DNA of 32,000 nt, taken from positions 240,001 to 272,000 of the forward strand of contig NZ_CP032551.1 of the NCBI RefSeq assembly GCF_009734345.1. Direction: 5' to 3'. This stretch comes from Pseudidiomarina andamanensis. GTDB taxonomy: Bacteria > Pseudomonadota > Gammaproteobacteria > Enterobacterales > Alteromonadaceae. The position numbers and the translations under genes are program-made. The notes beneath the pieces are model-generated. The model saw only the letters and a list, made by a program, of their open reading frames with translations, did not search any database and was not told where the DNA came from. Positions 9,314 through 18,745 of the stretch are shown here, in pieces; position 1 is the first letter of the stretch; each line of letters opens with the position of its first letter.

Positions 9314-10650
9314 GTCAGCGTAAGTATTTTGGCACCGACGGTGTACGTGGTCGCGTCGGTGATTTTCCGATTACCCCAGATTTTGCTGTGAAACTTGGTT
9401 GGGCAGCAGGTACGGTGTTGTCGGCTAGTGGTAATCAACGTGTATTAGTTGGAAAAGACACCCGCTTGTCGGGCTATATGTTGGAGTCAGCACTGGAAGC
9501 AGGGCTGTTATCAGCCGGCGTGAGCGTCGAATTTCTAGGGCCAATGCCGACGCCTGCGGTCGCTTATTTGACGCGAAATTTTCGTGCCGCAGCAGGCATT
9601 GTGATCAGCGCATCACACAACCCTTATTACGATAACGGCATTAAGTTCTTCTCTGATTCGGGTAGTAAATTACCCGACAGCGTAGAAGCTGAAATTGAGC
9701 GTCTTTTAGATGAACCCATTCGCTGCGTGCCATCCGAAAATATGGGGCGTGCGAGTCGAATTGATGATGCACCGGGTCGTTATATCGAGTTTTGTAAAAG
9801 CGTCTTCCCGTCGGATTTGTCGCTAAAAGGGCTACGAATTGTTGTGGATTGCGCGCATGGCGCAACGTACCACATCGCCCCAGACGTGCTGAAAGAACTG
9901 GGTGCCGATATATGGGAAATTGGTACTGAGCCAAATGGCGTGAACATCAACGAAAAATGTGGTGCAACCCATCTCGATGCTTTGCGCGAGAAAGTTTTAG
10001 AGAAAAAAGCTGATCTTGGCTTTGCGCTTGACGGTGACGGTGATCGCATCATGATGGTCACAGCCAGCGGTCGCATTGTTGATGGTGATGATATTATTTA
10101 TATTCTAGCGCGTGCGGCCCAGCAAGATGGCTTATTACAGGGCGGTATTGTTGGCACCTTAATGAGCAATTTTGCGCTGGAAAAATTCTTCACTGATCGT
10201 CGAATTCCGTTTGTGCGAGCGAAAGTTGGTGATCGTTATGTCATGGAAGAACTGGTGAAGCGCGACTGGCGCATTGGTGGCGAAAATTCTGGGCATATCA
10301 TCAATCGTCAGTTCCACAGTACGGGCGACGGTATTATTGCTGGTTTGCAAGTACTAACGGCAATGCAGCGTGAAGGTCGCAGCCTTGATGAACTGTTGGA
10401 AAACTTTGTGAAGTTCCCACAAGCACTGGTGAATGTACGATTTAACTCTGACTCTGACCCGTTGGAAGCTGACACGGTGAAAGCAGTGGTTCAAGAAGTC
10501 GAACGGGCGTTGGGCAACAATGGCCGGGTGTTATTGCGCAAGTCAGGCACCGAGCCATTGATTCGCGTCATGGTGGAAGGTAAAGACGCAAAAACTGTGC
10601 GCAAATTCGCCGAAGAAATAGCCAGTGAAGTGGAAGCGGCTAGTAATTAA
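9310..10650 (+). CDS. glmM: phosphoglucosamine mutase
   Basis: 446 aa. [14 protein letters not shown], the active-site [22 protein letters not shown], and [17 protein letters not shown]. The TTG start overlaps the folP stop (TTGA). Confidence 0.95.
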   Translation: MSQRKYFGTDGVRGRVGDFPITPDFAVKLGWAAGTVLSASGNQRVLVGKDTRLSGYMLESALEAGLLSAGVSVEFLGPMPTPAVAYLTRNFRAAAGIVISASHNPYYDNGIKFFSDSGSKLPDSVEAEIERLLDEPIRCVPSENMGRASRIDDAPGRYIEFCKSVFPSDLSLKGLRIVVDCAHGATYHIAPDVLKELGADIWEIGTEPNGVNINEKCGATHLDALREKVLEKKADLGFALDGDGDRIMMVTASGRIVDGDDIIYILARAAQQDGLLQGGIVGTLMSNFALEKFFTDRRIPFVRAKVGDRYVMEELVKRDWRIGGENSGHIINRQFHSTGDGIIAGLQVLTAMQREGRSLDELLENFVKFPQALVNVRFNSDSDPLEADTVKAVVQEVERALGNNGRVLLRKSGTEPLIRVMVEGKDAKTVRKFAEEIASEVEAASN

Positions 10651-10740
10651 CCAGTGAAGCATTATTTCCGCATTCACTGCTTGTAAGTTGCGGCGAGGTT
10701 ATGTAATATCTCGCCGCTCTCAACGAAGTCAGAGGTTTAG

Positions 10741-11505
10741 ATGCAACGCCAACCGTTAGTTATAGCTAACTGGAAAATGAACGGTGACCGTCAGTTGGTC
10801 ACGGCCATGGCTGAAGCACTTCGCGACAGTTCAGCGCAACATGCGGATGTTAGTGTGGTGGTATGTCCGCCGGCCGTATTACTGCCAGCTTGGCAACAAG
10901 CCGCGTTTTACGACAACATTCAACTTGGTGCTCAAGATGCTAATGAGAACGCCAGTGGCGCCCATACGGGTGAACACAGTTTAGCGTTATTAGCCGAGGC
11001 CGGTGCAAGCATGGTGTTAGTTGGTCACTCTGAGCGTCGTCAATTCTATGGCGATAATGCGCAACGAATTGCTGCCAAAGTGAATCAGATTCTTGATGAA
11101 TCAACGATGACAGTGGTGCTTTGTGTTGGTGAGAGTGCAGAGCAACGTGAACAGCAACAAACGTTTGACGTGGTTGCATCACAGTTAGCTGAAGCATTAG
11201 CGTCGCGCAAGCAATGTGAGCGTATCGTGATTGCTTATGAACCAGTTTGGGCTATTGGTACTGGCTTAACAGCGAGTCCTGAACAAGCACAAGAAGTGCA
11301 TGCCTTTATTCGTAACTGGTTAGGTGAAAAATTCGGGCCTTCAGGCGTCAACCTACAAATTTTGTATGGTGGTAGCGTGAAAGCTGACAATGCCGAGCAA
11401 TTGTTTGCTCAGGCTGATATTGATGGTGGTTTGATAGGCGGCGCAAGCTTAGTCGAAGAACAATTTGTTGCGATTTGCAACGCTGCACAAGCCCGGAGTA
11501 AATAA
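10741..11505 (+). CDS. tpiA: triosephosphate isomerase
   Basis: 254 aa. VIANWKMNG, VGHSERR, AYEPVWAIGTG, YGGSV and GGLIGGASL. Confidence 0.94.
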   Translation: MQRQPLVIANWKMNGDRQLVTAMAEALRDSSAQHADVSVVVCPPAVLLPAWQQAAFYDNIQLGAQDANENASGAHTGEHSLALLAEAGASMVLVGHSERRQFYGDNAQRIAAKVNQILDESTMTVVLCVGESAEQREQQQTFDVVASQLAEALASRKQCERIVIAYEPVWAIGTGLTASPEQAQEVHAFIRNWLGEKFGPSGVNLQILYGGSVKADNAEQLFAQADIDGGLIGGASLVEEQFVAICNAAQARSK

Positions 11506-11508
11506 GTT

Positions 11509-11835
11509 ATGTACGAAATTTTATTGATTGCATACTTAATTGTTGCCTTAATTCTGATTGGTTTCATTATGATCCAACAGGGTAAAGGAGCTGATATGGG
11601 CGCGTCATTTGGTGCTGGTGCATCAAACACCGTGTTCGGTTCGAGCGGCTCAGGTAACTTTTTAACGCGCACTACTGCAATTTTAGCTGTTGTTTTCTTC
11701 GTTCTTAGCTTAGTGCTAGGTAACCTGTCTTCAGGTAACGGCGATACTAAGAGCAACTTTGACGAAATTGAAGTACCGGTTGAAGAAGTGCCAGCTGTTC
11801 CAGCGAACGACAGCGACGTTCCTGGCGGCAATTAA
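11509..11835 (+). CDS. secG: preprotein translocase subunit SecG
   Basis: 108 aa. It has a hydrophobic N-terminus, IMIQQGKGADMGASFGAGASNTVFGSSGSGNFLTR, and the conserved position upstream of tRNA-Leu. Confidence 0.93.
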   Translation: MYEILLIAYLIVALILIGFIMIQQGKGADMGASFGAGASNTVFGSSGSGNFLTRTTAILAVVFFVLSLVLGNLSSGNGDTKSNFDEIEVPVEEVPAVPANDSDVPGGN

Positions 11836-11861
11836 TACAACGCTGTAAGCGTTCAAGTTTT

Positions 11862-11946
11862 GCGGATGTGGTGGAATTGGTAGACACGCTATCTTGAGGG
11901 GGTAGTGCTTTCGGGCGTGCGGGTTCAAGTCCCGCCATCCGCACCA
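11862..11946 (+). tRNA. leuU: tRNA-Leu (anticodon GAG), type II long variable arm
   Basis: Acceptor stem GCGGATG/CATCCGC, anticodon loop TTGAGGG, T-arm GCGGG-TTCAAGT-CCCGC, and a 3' ACCA. It is close to E. coli leuU, which also follows secG. Confidence 0.93.
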
Positions 11947-11951
11947 AATTA

Positions 11952-11969
11952 GCAACCGGCCACGGTTGC
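11952..11969 (+). other. GC-rich stem-loop just downstream of tRNA-Leu (weak terminator or processing structure, function uncertain)
   Basis: GCAACCG (11952-11958) / CGGTTGC (11963-11969) with a 4-nt loop, followed only by GGTTTC, so there is no strong U-tract. Confidence 0.3.
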
Positions 11970-11994
11970 GGTTTCAAGTCGAAACCCTTATAAT
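11966..11994 (+). promoter_or_regulatory. candidate sigma70 promoter for tRNA-fMet (metY)-rimP-nusA-infB operon
   Basis: TTGCGG (11966-11971), a 17-nt spacer, then a perfect TATAAT (11989-11994). The tRNA starts at 12012. Confidence 0.45.
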
Positions 11995-12011
11995 GTGGAC
12001 ACGTTTTCGGA

Positions 12012-12088
<77 letters not shown>

Positions 12089-12111
12089 ATTACAAAAGGG
12101 TCCAGTGTTTT

Positions 12112-12140
12112 AAAAGCCCCGCAGCAGTTCGGGGCTTTTT
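12112..12140 (+). terminator. rho-independent terminator/attenuator 1 after tRNA-fMet
   Basis: AGCCCCG (12115-12121) / CGGGGCT (12130-12136) with an 8-nt loop, flanked by AAA upstream and TTTTT downstream. Confidence 0.8.
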
Positions 12141-12207
12141 ACTATGTGACCTTTGCTGCGGCAAACTAATCGTGATGTATTAGTTTGAGTTGGCAGTCAA
12201 TAACACT

Positions 12208-12227
12208 GGGCGTTTACGCCCTTTTTT
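12208..12227 (+). terminator. terminator/attenuator 2 immediately upstream of rimP
   Basis: GGGCG (12208-12212), loop TTTA, CGCCC (12217-12221), then TTTTTT (12222-12227). The rimP Shine-Dalgarno AGGAG follows at 12234. Confidence 0.6.
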
Positions 12228-12247
12228 GTTTTTAGGAGTTAGCAAAC

Positions 12248-12706
12248 TTGGCTCGAATGGAAGACCGTTTATTTGACATGTTAGAACCGGCAGTCGCCGC
12301 CTTAGACTTTACCCTGTGGGGCGTCGAGTTTGTGCGCGCTGGAAAACACTCAACATTACGCGTTTACATTGATCACGAAGATGGTGTCAGTGTGGATAAT
12401 TGTGCTGACGTTAGTCATCAGGTGAGTGCAATTTTGGACGTTGAAGATCCAATCAAAAGTGAATACTTCCTTGAAGTATCGTCCCCAGGTATGGAGCGTC
12501 CGTTCTTTAAAGCCAATCAGTATGCTGATTATTTAGGCGAAACGGCAGCCGTTGAGCTGACGATGGCGCAGCAAGGAAAACGTAAGTTTAAAGGTATAAT
12601 TGTCGCTGTTGATGGCGATTATATTGAATTCAATGTTGATGGCGAGACGCTGAAGGTAGCGCAATCATCAATTAAGAAAGCTCATTTAGTTCCTCAGTTC
12701 AACTAA
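12248..12706 (+). CDS. rimP: ribosome maturation factor RimP
   Basis: 152 aa. LRVYIDHEDGVSVDNCADVSHQVSAILDVEDPI and EVSSPGMERP match E. coli RimP. The TTG at 12248 lies 9 nt after AGGAG. The ATG at 12257 is an alternative start. Confidence 0.92.
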   Translation: MARMEDRLFDMLEPAVAALDFTLWGVEFVRAGKHSTLRVYIDHEDGVSVDNCADVSHQVSAILDVEDPIKSEYFLEVSSPGMERPFFKANQYADYLGETAAVELTMAQQGKRKFKGIIVAVDGDYIEFNVDGETLKVAQSSIKKAHLVPQFN

Positions 12707-12730
12707 GGATTGCGTAGGCGAGGCAAAACA

Positions 12731-14230
12731 ATGGCAAAAGAAATTTTATTGGTTGCAGAAGCGGTTTCAAACGAAAAAGACGTGTCAAAAGAGAAAATCT
12801 TTGAGGCGCTTGAATCTGCGCTTGCGCACGCAACTAAAAAGAAATACGAAGGTGATATCGATGTTCGCGTAAGTATCAATCGCCAAACCGGCGAGTTTGA
12901 TACGTTTCGTCGTTGGTTAGTGGTCGACGATAGTGAGCAACCATTAGAGCATCCATATCGAGAAATTAGCTTAGCTGCTGCTCAATATGAAGATGAGACA
13001 GTGAATGCGGGCGATTATGTTGAAGAACAGATCGAATCAATTGAATTTGACCGCATTACCACGCAAACCGCAAAACAAGTTATCGTGCAAAAAGTACGCG
13101 AAGCTGAGCGCGCTAAAGTGGTTGACGAGTACCGCGATCAAGTTGGTGAGCTTGTTAGTGGTATCGTGAAGCGCGCGACGCGTGAACACGTGATTCTTGA
13201 TTTGGGTAACAATGCGGAAGCGATTATTTATCGTGAAGAGTTATTGCCACGTGAATCATTCCGTGCTGGTGACCGAGTACGCGGTTTATTGTATGACGTG
13301 CGTCCAGAGGCGCGCGGCGCGCAATTATTTGTCAGCCGAACACATCCTGACTTCTTGATTGAGTTGTTCCGCATTGAAGTGCCAGAAATTGGCGAAGAAA
13401 TGATTGAAATTCGTGGCGCAGCGCGCGATCCAGGTTCACGTGCAAAAATTGCCGTGAAAAGTAACGACCGTCGTATCGACCCTGTTGGTGCGTGTGTTGG
13501 TATGCGTGGTGCACGAGTTCAAGCGGTATCAGGCGAACTCGGTGGTGAGCGTGTTGATATCGTGCTGTGGGATGATAACCCAGCACAGTTCGTTATTAAC
13601 GCAATGGCTCCTGCTGAAGTTGCGTCAATTGTTGTTGACGAAGAAGCACACACCATGGATATCGCGGTTGAAGAAGGCAACTTGGCACAGGCTATCGGTA
13701 AAGCTGGTCAGAACGTGCGCTTGGCAAGTCAATTAACGGGTTGGCAGTTAAACGTGATGTCAGTTGACGAGTTTACCGAGAAGAACCAAGCTGAAGCGCA
13801 AAAAGTTTTAGATTTGTTCACGTCTAAACTCGATATCGATGAAGATTTTGCGTCTGTACTTGTCGACGAAGGCTTCTCAACACTTGAAGAAATCGCTTAT
13901 GTACCAGTCGATGAGTTATTAGACATCGAAGGTATGGATGAAGATATCGTTGAAGAATTGCGTACTCGTGCGAAAGCCGTATTAACGACGCAAGCATTAG
14001 CTAACGAAGAATCATTAGAAAGTGCTGAACCAGATGAGACGTTGTTAAACCTTGAAGGTTTAGATCGTCACTTAGCTTATGTGTTCGCAAGTCGTGGCAT
14101 CATTACCTTAGAAGACCTTGCTGAGCAAGGCATCGATGATTTAGCCGGAATTGACGAGTTAACCGAAGAGCGAGCAGGCGAGCTGATTATGCAAGCACGT
14201 AATATCTGCTGGTTCGGTAACGAAGAATAA
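12731..14230 (+). CDS. nusA: transcription termination/antitermination factor NusA
   Basis: [18 protein letters not shown]... is collinear with E. coli NusA (S1, KH1/KH2 and the two C-terminal acidic repeats ending NICWFG). I prefer the ATG at 12731 over the TTG at 12710 in the ORF track. Confidence 0.95.
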   Translation: MAKEILLVAEAVSNEKDVSKEKIFEALESALAHATKKKYEGDIDVRVSINRQTGEFDTFRRWLVVDDSEQPLEHPYREISLAAAQYEDETVNAGDYVEEQIESIEFDRITTQTAKQVIVQKVREAERAKVVDEYRDQVGELVSGIVKRATREHVILDLGNNAEAIIYREELLPRESFRAGDRVRGLLYDVRPEARGAQLFVSRTHPDFLIELFRIEVPEIGEEMIEIRGAARDPGSRAKIAVKSNDRRIDPVGACVGMRGARVQAVSGELGGERVDIVLWDDNPAQFVINAMAPAEVASIVVDEEAHTMDIAVEEGNLAQAIGKAGQNVRLASQLTGWQLNVMSVDEFTEKNQAEAQKVLDLFTSKLDIDEDFASVLVDEGFSTLEEIAYVPVDELLDIEGMDEDIVEELRTRAKAVLTTQALANEESLESAEPDETLLNLEGLDRHLAYVFASRGIITLEDLAEQGIDDLAGIDELTEERAGELIMQARNICWFGNEE

Positions 14231-14253
14231 GATCAACGGGGGTACTAGAGACT

Positions 14254-16926
14254 ATGGAAGAAGTAACGCTGGATAAACTAGCTAAAGACGTCGGTACGAC
14301 AGTTGATCGTTTGGTGCAACAGTTTGCGGAAGCAGGCATGAAAAAGCAGCCAGGCGACCGTGTCAACGAAGATGAAAAACAGGCCCTGTTAGCCCATTTA
14401 AATAAATCGCATGGTGGTAGTGGTCCAAGTGAGCCTGCCAAGATGACGTTGAAGCGAAAAGAAAAAAGCACGTTAAGCATTGGTGGTGGCCCAGGCCGCA
14501 GTAAATCAGTGCAAGTTGAAGTACGTAAAAAACGTACTTACGTGAAACGTTCTGCGCTTGAAGAGCAGCAAAAGGCTGATCAAGAAAAAGCAGAGCAAGA
14601 GCGTTTAGCTGCTGAAGCGAAACGTAAAGAAGAAGAAGCAAAAGCTGCTGCGGAAGCGAAAGCAAAAGCTGACGCAAAAGCTGCAGAAGAAAAAGCGAAG
14701 CAAGAAGCTGCACGCAAAGAGAAAGAAAAAGCGAAGGCGAAGGCTGAAGCTGAAAAACGTGCAGCAATGACGCCTGAAGAGCGTAAGAAAGCTGATGAAG
14801 CGAAAGCAGAAGCGGAGCGTTTACGCAAGGCGCAAGAAGAAGAAGCTCGCAAAAAAGCAGAAGCAGAAGCTGCACGCCAGGCTGAAGAAGCTCGTCGCTT
14901 AGCTGAAGAAAACGAAGCGCGTTGGCAAGAAGAAGAAGCGAAACGTAAGAAAGCTGAGCAAGAAGAAGTTCACTTTACCACCTCGCAGACTGCGCAAGCC
15001 GCGGAAGATGAGCAAGACGAAGGTGAAGAGCGTCGTGCCCGTCGCAATAAAACCAAGCGTCGTGGTAAAGATGATGAGCGTGATGAAGCGCCGCGTCGTG
15101 AAAAACGTCGCAAAGGTTCTAAGCGCTCAACGTTGCAGCATGGTTTTAATAAGCCAGCGGCACCTGTAGAGCGTGAAGTGAAGCTTGGTGAAACCATTAC
15201 TGTTGGTGAGTTAGCTAACCGCATGGCGGTGAAGGCTGGCGAAGTGATCAAAACCATGATGAAAATGGGTGAGATGGTCACAATTAACCAAGTATTAGAC
15301 CAAGAAACGGCCTCTTTGGTTGTTGAAGAAATGGGTCATAAAGTGGTGTTGGTGAGCGAAAACGCGCTTGAGCAAGAAATTCTTGCAGACCGTGATGAAG
15401 AGACAAACCAACATCAGGTGTCACGTGCGCCAGTTGTTACCGTTATGGGTCACGTTGACCACGGTAAAACATCCTTACTTGATTACATTCGTAAGGCGAA
15501 AGTAGCAAGCGGTGAGGCCGGTGGTATTACTCAGCACATTGGTGCATACCACGTTGAAACTGACCACGGCATGATTACATTCTTGGATACACCAGGTCAC
15601 GCAGCGTTTACATCAATGCGTGCTCGTGGTGCCAGTGCAACGGATATCGTTATCTTGGTAGTTGCAGCGGATGATGGCGTGATGCCACAAACTTTGGAAG
15701 CGATTCAGCACGCGAAAGCGGCAGGCGTTCCAGTGGTTGTAGCAATCAACAAAATGGATAAGCCAGAAGCTGATCCTGACCGCGTGAAGAATGAATTAGC
15801 GCAACGCGATGTTATCCCTGAAGAGTGGGGTGGCGATGTGATGTTTGTACCTGTATCTGCACATAGCGGTGAAGGTATTGAGCAGTTGCTTGAATCGGTG
15901 TTGTTGCAAGCCGAAGTACTTGATCTAAAAGCTAATGCTAGCGGCATGGCGAAAGGCATTGTGATTGAATCACGTCTTGATAAAGGACGCGGCCCAGTTG
16001 CCTCAGTGTTGGTTCAAGAGGGTACTTTGCGCCAAGGTGATATCGTTCTTTGTGGTCTTGAATATGGCCGTATTCGTGCGATGCGCGATGAGAACGGTAA
16101 AGATATTAAAGAAGCTGGCCCATCAATTCCGGTCGAGATTCTTGGCTTATCGGGTGTACCGCAAGCCGGTGATGAAGCGACTGCGGTAAAAGATGAGCGT
16201 AAAGCACGCGAAGTAGCAAACTATCGTCAAGGTAAATATCGTGAAATTAAACTAGCGAAGCAGCAGAAAGCGAAGCTAGAGAATATGTTTGCGAATATGG
16301 CTGAAGGCGACGTGAAAGAACTGAACATCGTATTGAAATCAGATGTACAGGGTTCTTTGGAAGCAATTGCTGACTCATTGATGAAGCTTTCTACTGATGA
16401 AGTAAAAGTGAATATTATCGGTAGCGGTGTTGGCGGTATTACTGAAACTGACGCATCGTTGGCAAGCGCCTCGAACGCTATCGTCGTTGGTTTTAACGTA
16501 CGTGCTGATGCTTCAGCTAAACGTGTCATTGAGCAAGAAGCTGTTGATTTGCGTTACTACAGCGTTATCTATGATTTGATTGACGAAGTTAAAGCGGCCA
16601 TGGGTGGCATGCTTTCACCTGAGTTCAAACAACAAATCATCGGTTTGGCAGAAGTTCGTGATGTATTTAAGTCACCGAAAATTGGCGCAATTGCTGGTTG
16701 TATGGTTACTGAAGGCATCGTGAAGCGTTCGGCACCAATTCGTGTTCTTCGTGATAACGTGGTTATCTTTGAAGGCGAACTTGATTCATTACGTCGCTTT
16801 AAAGATGACGTACAAGAAGTTCGTAACGGCATGGAATGTGGTATTGGCGTGAAGAACTACAACGACGTGAAAGTCGGTGACCAAATCGAAGTATTTGAAA
16901 CAGTTCAAGTAGAGCGGAGCCTATAA
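14254..16926 (+). CDS. infB: translation initiation factor IF-2
   Basis: 890 aa. It has a K/A/E-rich N-terminal region, the G-domain [21 protein letters not shown] and NKMD, and conserved C-terminal domains. Confidence 0.97.
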   Translation: MEEVTLDKLAKDVGTTVDRLVQQFAEAGMKKQPGDRVNEDEKQALLAHLNKSHGGSGPSEPAKMTLKRKEKSTLSIGGGPGRSKSVQVEVRKKRTYVKRSALEEQQKADQEKAEQERLAAEAKRKEEEAKAAAEAKAKADAKAAEEKAKQEAARKEKEKAKAKAEAEKRAAMTPEERKKADEAKAEAERLRKAQEEEARKKAEAEAARQAEEARRLAEENEARWQEEEAKRKKAEQEEVHFTTSQTAQAAEDEQDEGEERRARRNKTKRRGKDDERDEAPRREKRRKGSKRSTLQHGFNKPAAPVEREVKLGETITVGELANRMAVKAGEVIKTMMKMGEMVTINQVLDQETASLVVEEMGHKVVLVSENALEQEILADRDEETNQHQVSRAPVVTVMGHVDHGKTSLLDYIRKAKVASGEAGGITQHIGAYHVETDHGMITFLDTPGHAAFTSMRARGASATDIVILVVAADDGVMPQTLEAIQHAKAAGVPVVVAINKMDKPEADPDRVKNELAQRDVIPEEWGGDVMFVPVSAHSGEGIEQLLESVLLQAEVLDLKANASGMAKGIVIESRLDKGRGPVASVLVQEGTLRQGDIVLCGLEYGRIRAMRDENGKDIKEAGPSIPVEILGLSGVPQAGDEATAVKDERKAREVANYRQGKYREIKLAKQQKAKLENMFANMAEGDVKELNIVLKSDVQGSLEAIADSLMKLSTDEVKVNIIGSGVGGITETDASLASASNAIVVGFNVRADASAKRVIEQEAVDLRYYSVIYDLIDEVKAAMGGMLSPEFKQQIIGLAEVRDVFKSPKIGAIAGCMVTEGIVKRSAPIRVLRDNVVIFEGELDSLRRFKDDVQEVRNGMECGIGVKNYNDVKVGDQIEVFETVQVERSL

Positions 16927-16932
16927 ACCAAT

Positions 16933-17352
16933 ATGGCAAAAGACTTTAGCCGTACTGACCGAGTGGGTCAGCAATACCAACGCGAAATCGCGATGATATT
17001 GCAGCGTGAAATTAAAGACCCACGCGTGTCAATGGTCACAGTATCCGAGATTGAAGTATCACGTGATCTTGCTTATGCAAAAGTATTCGTGACCTTCTTT
17101 AACGACGATGAAGCTTACGTGAAAACAGCACTGAAAGTGTTGAACGATGCGTCAGGCTTTATCCGCTCGTTGTTAGGTAAGCGTGTGCGAGCACGCATTA
17201 TCCCTGAACTGCGTTTTGTTCACGACCCTTCACTGAATGAGGGGATTCGTATGTCGCGTTTGGTAGATGAAGCCATTCGTCGTGATTCGCAGCGTAGCGA
17301 TGATGCTGACGACAGCACCAAAACGAAACCGGACTCAAACGGAGACGAATAA
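16933..17352 (+). CDS. rbfA: ribosome-binding factor A
   Basis: 139 aa. [29 protein letters not shown], and [23 protein letters not shown]. Confidence 0.94.
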   Translation: MAKDFSRTDRVGQQYQREIAMILQREIKDPRVSMVTVSEIEVSRDLAYAKVFVTFFNDDEAYVKTALKVLNDASGFIRSLLGKRVRARIIPELRFVHDPSLNEGIRMSRLVDEAIRRDSQRSDDADDSTKTKPDSNGDE

Positions 17353-18294
17353 ATGGGACGACGTAAATCGGGCCGCAATGTAAGTGGCGTGATTTTGTTA
17401 GATAAGCCCCGTGATATCACATCAAACGCCGCACTCCAGCAAGTGCGGCGTTTTTTTAATGCCAATAAGGCGGGGCATACCGGTGCTTTAGATCCATTAG
17501 CGACGGGCTTGTTACCGTTGTGCTTTGGTGAGGCGACGAAAGTATCGCACTTTGCGTTAGAGGCGGATAAAACCTATCGCGTTGTCGCACAGTTAGGTGC
17601 GAGAACAACTACCAGTGATGCTGAAGGTGAGGTGGCGTGGCGCTGTGAACAAGCCGCATTAGAGTCGCTCACGCAAGAGCAAATAGACCAAGCCATTGCG
17701 CATTTTGTGGGTACGCAAGAGCAATCACCATCCATGTATTCGGCGTTGAAGTACGAAGGGCGTCCGCTGTACTGGTATGCACGCCAAGGTATTGAAGTAC
17801 CGCGTAAAACGCGTCAAATCACGATTCACAACATCAACTTTATCGCATGGGCAAATCATCAACTGACCTTGGAAGTGACGTGCTCGAAAGGTACCTATAT
17901 TCGTACACTAATTGACGATATGGGCCAGTTTTTGGGTTGTGGCGCCTATGTTCAGGAACTCCATCGGAGCTGGATTGAAGGTGTTGAAGGGCCGATGCTG
18001 AGCTTAGCTGAGCTTGCTGAAATTGCCGAGCAAACGAATCGCGAAGCCGATGACTACGCGGCGCTTGACCTGCTATTACAACCCAATGATTGCGTGATTC
18101 GCCAAGTTCAAGCCGTTTCTATCGATGCTGCTAACGCCTTACGCTTTCAAAGTGGTAACCCGGCAAAAATAACTTTGGATGCACCGCCGGGCGACGCGCC
18201 TTGGCGGGTCTTTCATGCTGCAAGTGGTGAATTTCTTGGTATCGGTATTTGGCAAAACGGTGTTCTTTCACCGAAGCGCGTACTGAACCTGTAA
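17353..18294 (+). CDS. truB: tRNA pseudouridine(55) synthase
   Basis: 313 aa. GVILLDKP, KAGHTGALDPLATGLLPLCFGEATK (catalytic Asp motif), and PSMYSALKYEGRPLYWYARQGIEVPRK. The ATG immediately follows the rbfA TAA. Confidence 0.95.
   Translation: MGRRKSGRNVSGVILLDKPRDITSNAALQQVRRFFNANKAGHTGALDPLATGLLPLCFGEATKVSHFALEADKTYRVVAQLGARTTTSDAEGEVAWRCEQAALESLTQEQIDQAIAHFVGTQEQSPSMYSALKYEGRPLYWYARQGIEVPRKTRQITIHNINFIAWANHQLTLEVTCSKGTYIRTLIDDMGQFLGCGAYVQELHRSWIEGVEGPMLSLAELAEIAEQTNREADDYAALDLLLQPNDCVIRQVQAVSIDAANALRFQSGNPAKITLDAPPGDAPWRVFHAASGEFLGIGIWQNGVLSPKRVLNL
17424..17457 (+). terminator. intragenic terminator-like hairpin within truB codons ~24-35 (function unproven)
   Basis: Perfect stem AAACGCCGCAC (17424-17434) / GTGCGGCGTTT (17443-17453) with an 8-nt loop. 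A run of seven T (17451-17457) overlaps and follows the 3' arm. Confidence 0.4.
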
Positions 18295-18318
18295 AACCGA
18301 GTTTAACCGTTGTTGGCA

Positions 18319-18347
18319 TTGCGTTTGGGCGCATTCATGCGTATAAT
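18319..18347 (+). promoter_or_regulatory. candidate sigma70 promoter for rpsO
   Basis: TTGCGT (18319-18324), a 17-nt spacer, then a perfect TATAAT (18342-18347). It lies 69 nt upstream of the rpsO ATG. E. coli rpsO also has its own promoter downstream of truB. Confidence 0.45.
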
Positions 18348-18360
18348 CCACAGCGATTTC

Positions 18361-18409
18361 GTCGGTGCTGAATTAGTGATTGGCACTGACATTCTTAAAC
18401 AATCAGGAG
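18361..18409 (+). promoter_or_regulatory. rpsO 5' leader hairpin with pseudoknot potential (candidate S15 translational operator)
   Basis: Stem GTCGGTGC (18361-18368) / GCACTGAC (18383-18390), with one G:U pair. Loop bases TGATTG (18377-18382) are complementary to CAATCA (18400-18405), which abuts the SD GGAG (18406-18409). Confidence 0.35.
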
Positions 18410-18415
18410 TAAGAT

Positions 18416-18685
18416 ATGTCACTAACTGCGGCACAAAAAGCGGAAATCGTTAAAGAATACGGTCAAGGCGAAAACGACACTGGTTCTCCAGAGGTTCAAG
18501 TTGCTTTGTTAACTGCAAACATTAACGAGCTGCAAAGCCACTTTAAAGAACACGCAAAAGATCACCACTCACGTCGTGGTCTGTTACGTATGGTTAGCCA
18601 ACGTCGTAAGTTGTTGGATTACTTGAAGCGTAAAAACAATCAGCGCTATGCAAGCCTGATTGAGCGACTAGGTTTACGTCGCTAA
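18416..18685 (+). CDS. rpsO: 30S ribosomal protein S15
   Basis: 89 aa. [68 protein letters not shown]. Confidence 0.97.
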   Translation: MSLTAAQKAEIVKEYGQGENDTGSPEVQVALLTANINELQSHFKEHAKDHHSRRGLLRMVSQRRKLLDYLKRKNNQRYASLIERLGLRR

Positions 18686-18698
18686 GCACTGTTCGAGC

Positions 18699-18726
18699 AA
18701 AGGGGCCCTGTTGTGGCCCCTTTTTT
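18699..18726 (+). terminator. rho-independent terminator after rpsO
   Basis: GGGGCC (18702-18707) / GGCCCC (18715-18720) with a 7-nt loop, AAA upstream and TTTTTT at 18721-18726. Confidence 0.85.
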
Positions 18727-18745
18727 GTTTAATGAAAAGCAAAGG

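Noticed and set aside
11409-11831. 140-aa antisense ORF across the tpiA end and secG
   Set aside because: It is antisense to two strongly supported genes. The product is Ser/Thr/Pro/Ala-rich and low in complexity.
14363-15281. Antisense ORFs of 170, 90 and 103 aa inside infB
   Set aside because: They lie opposite the K/A/E-rich repeat region of IF-2. GAA/GCN/AAA-rich codons read antisense as stop-free Leu/Ser/Ala/Phe strings. They have low-complexity products and no start context, and infB is unquestionably the real gene.
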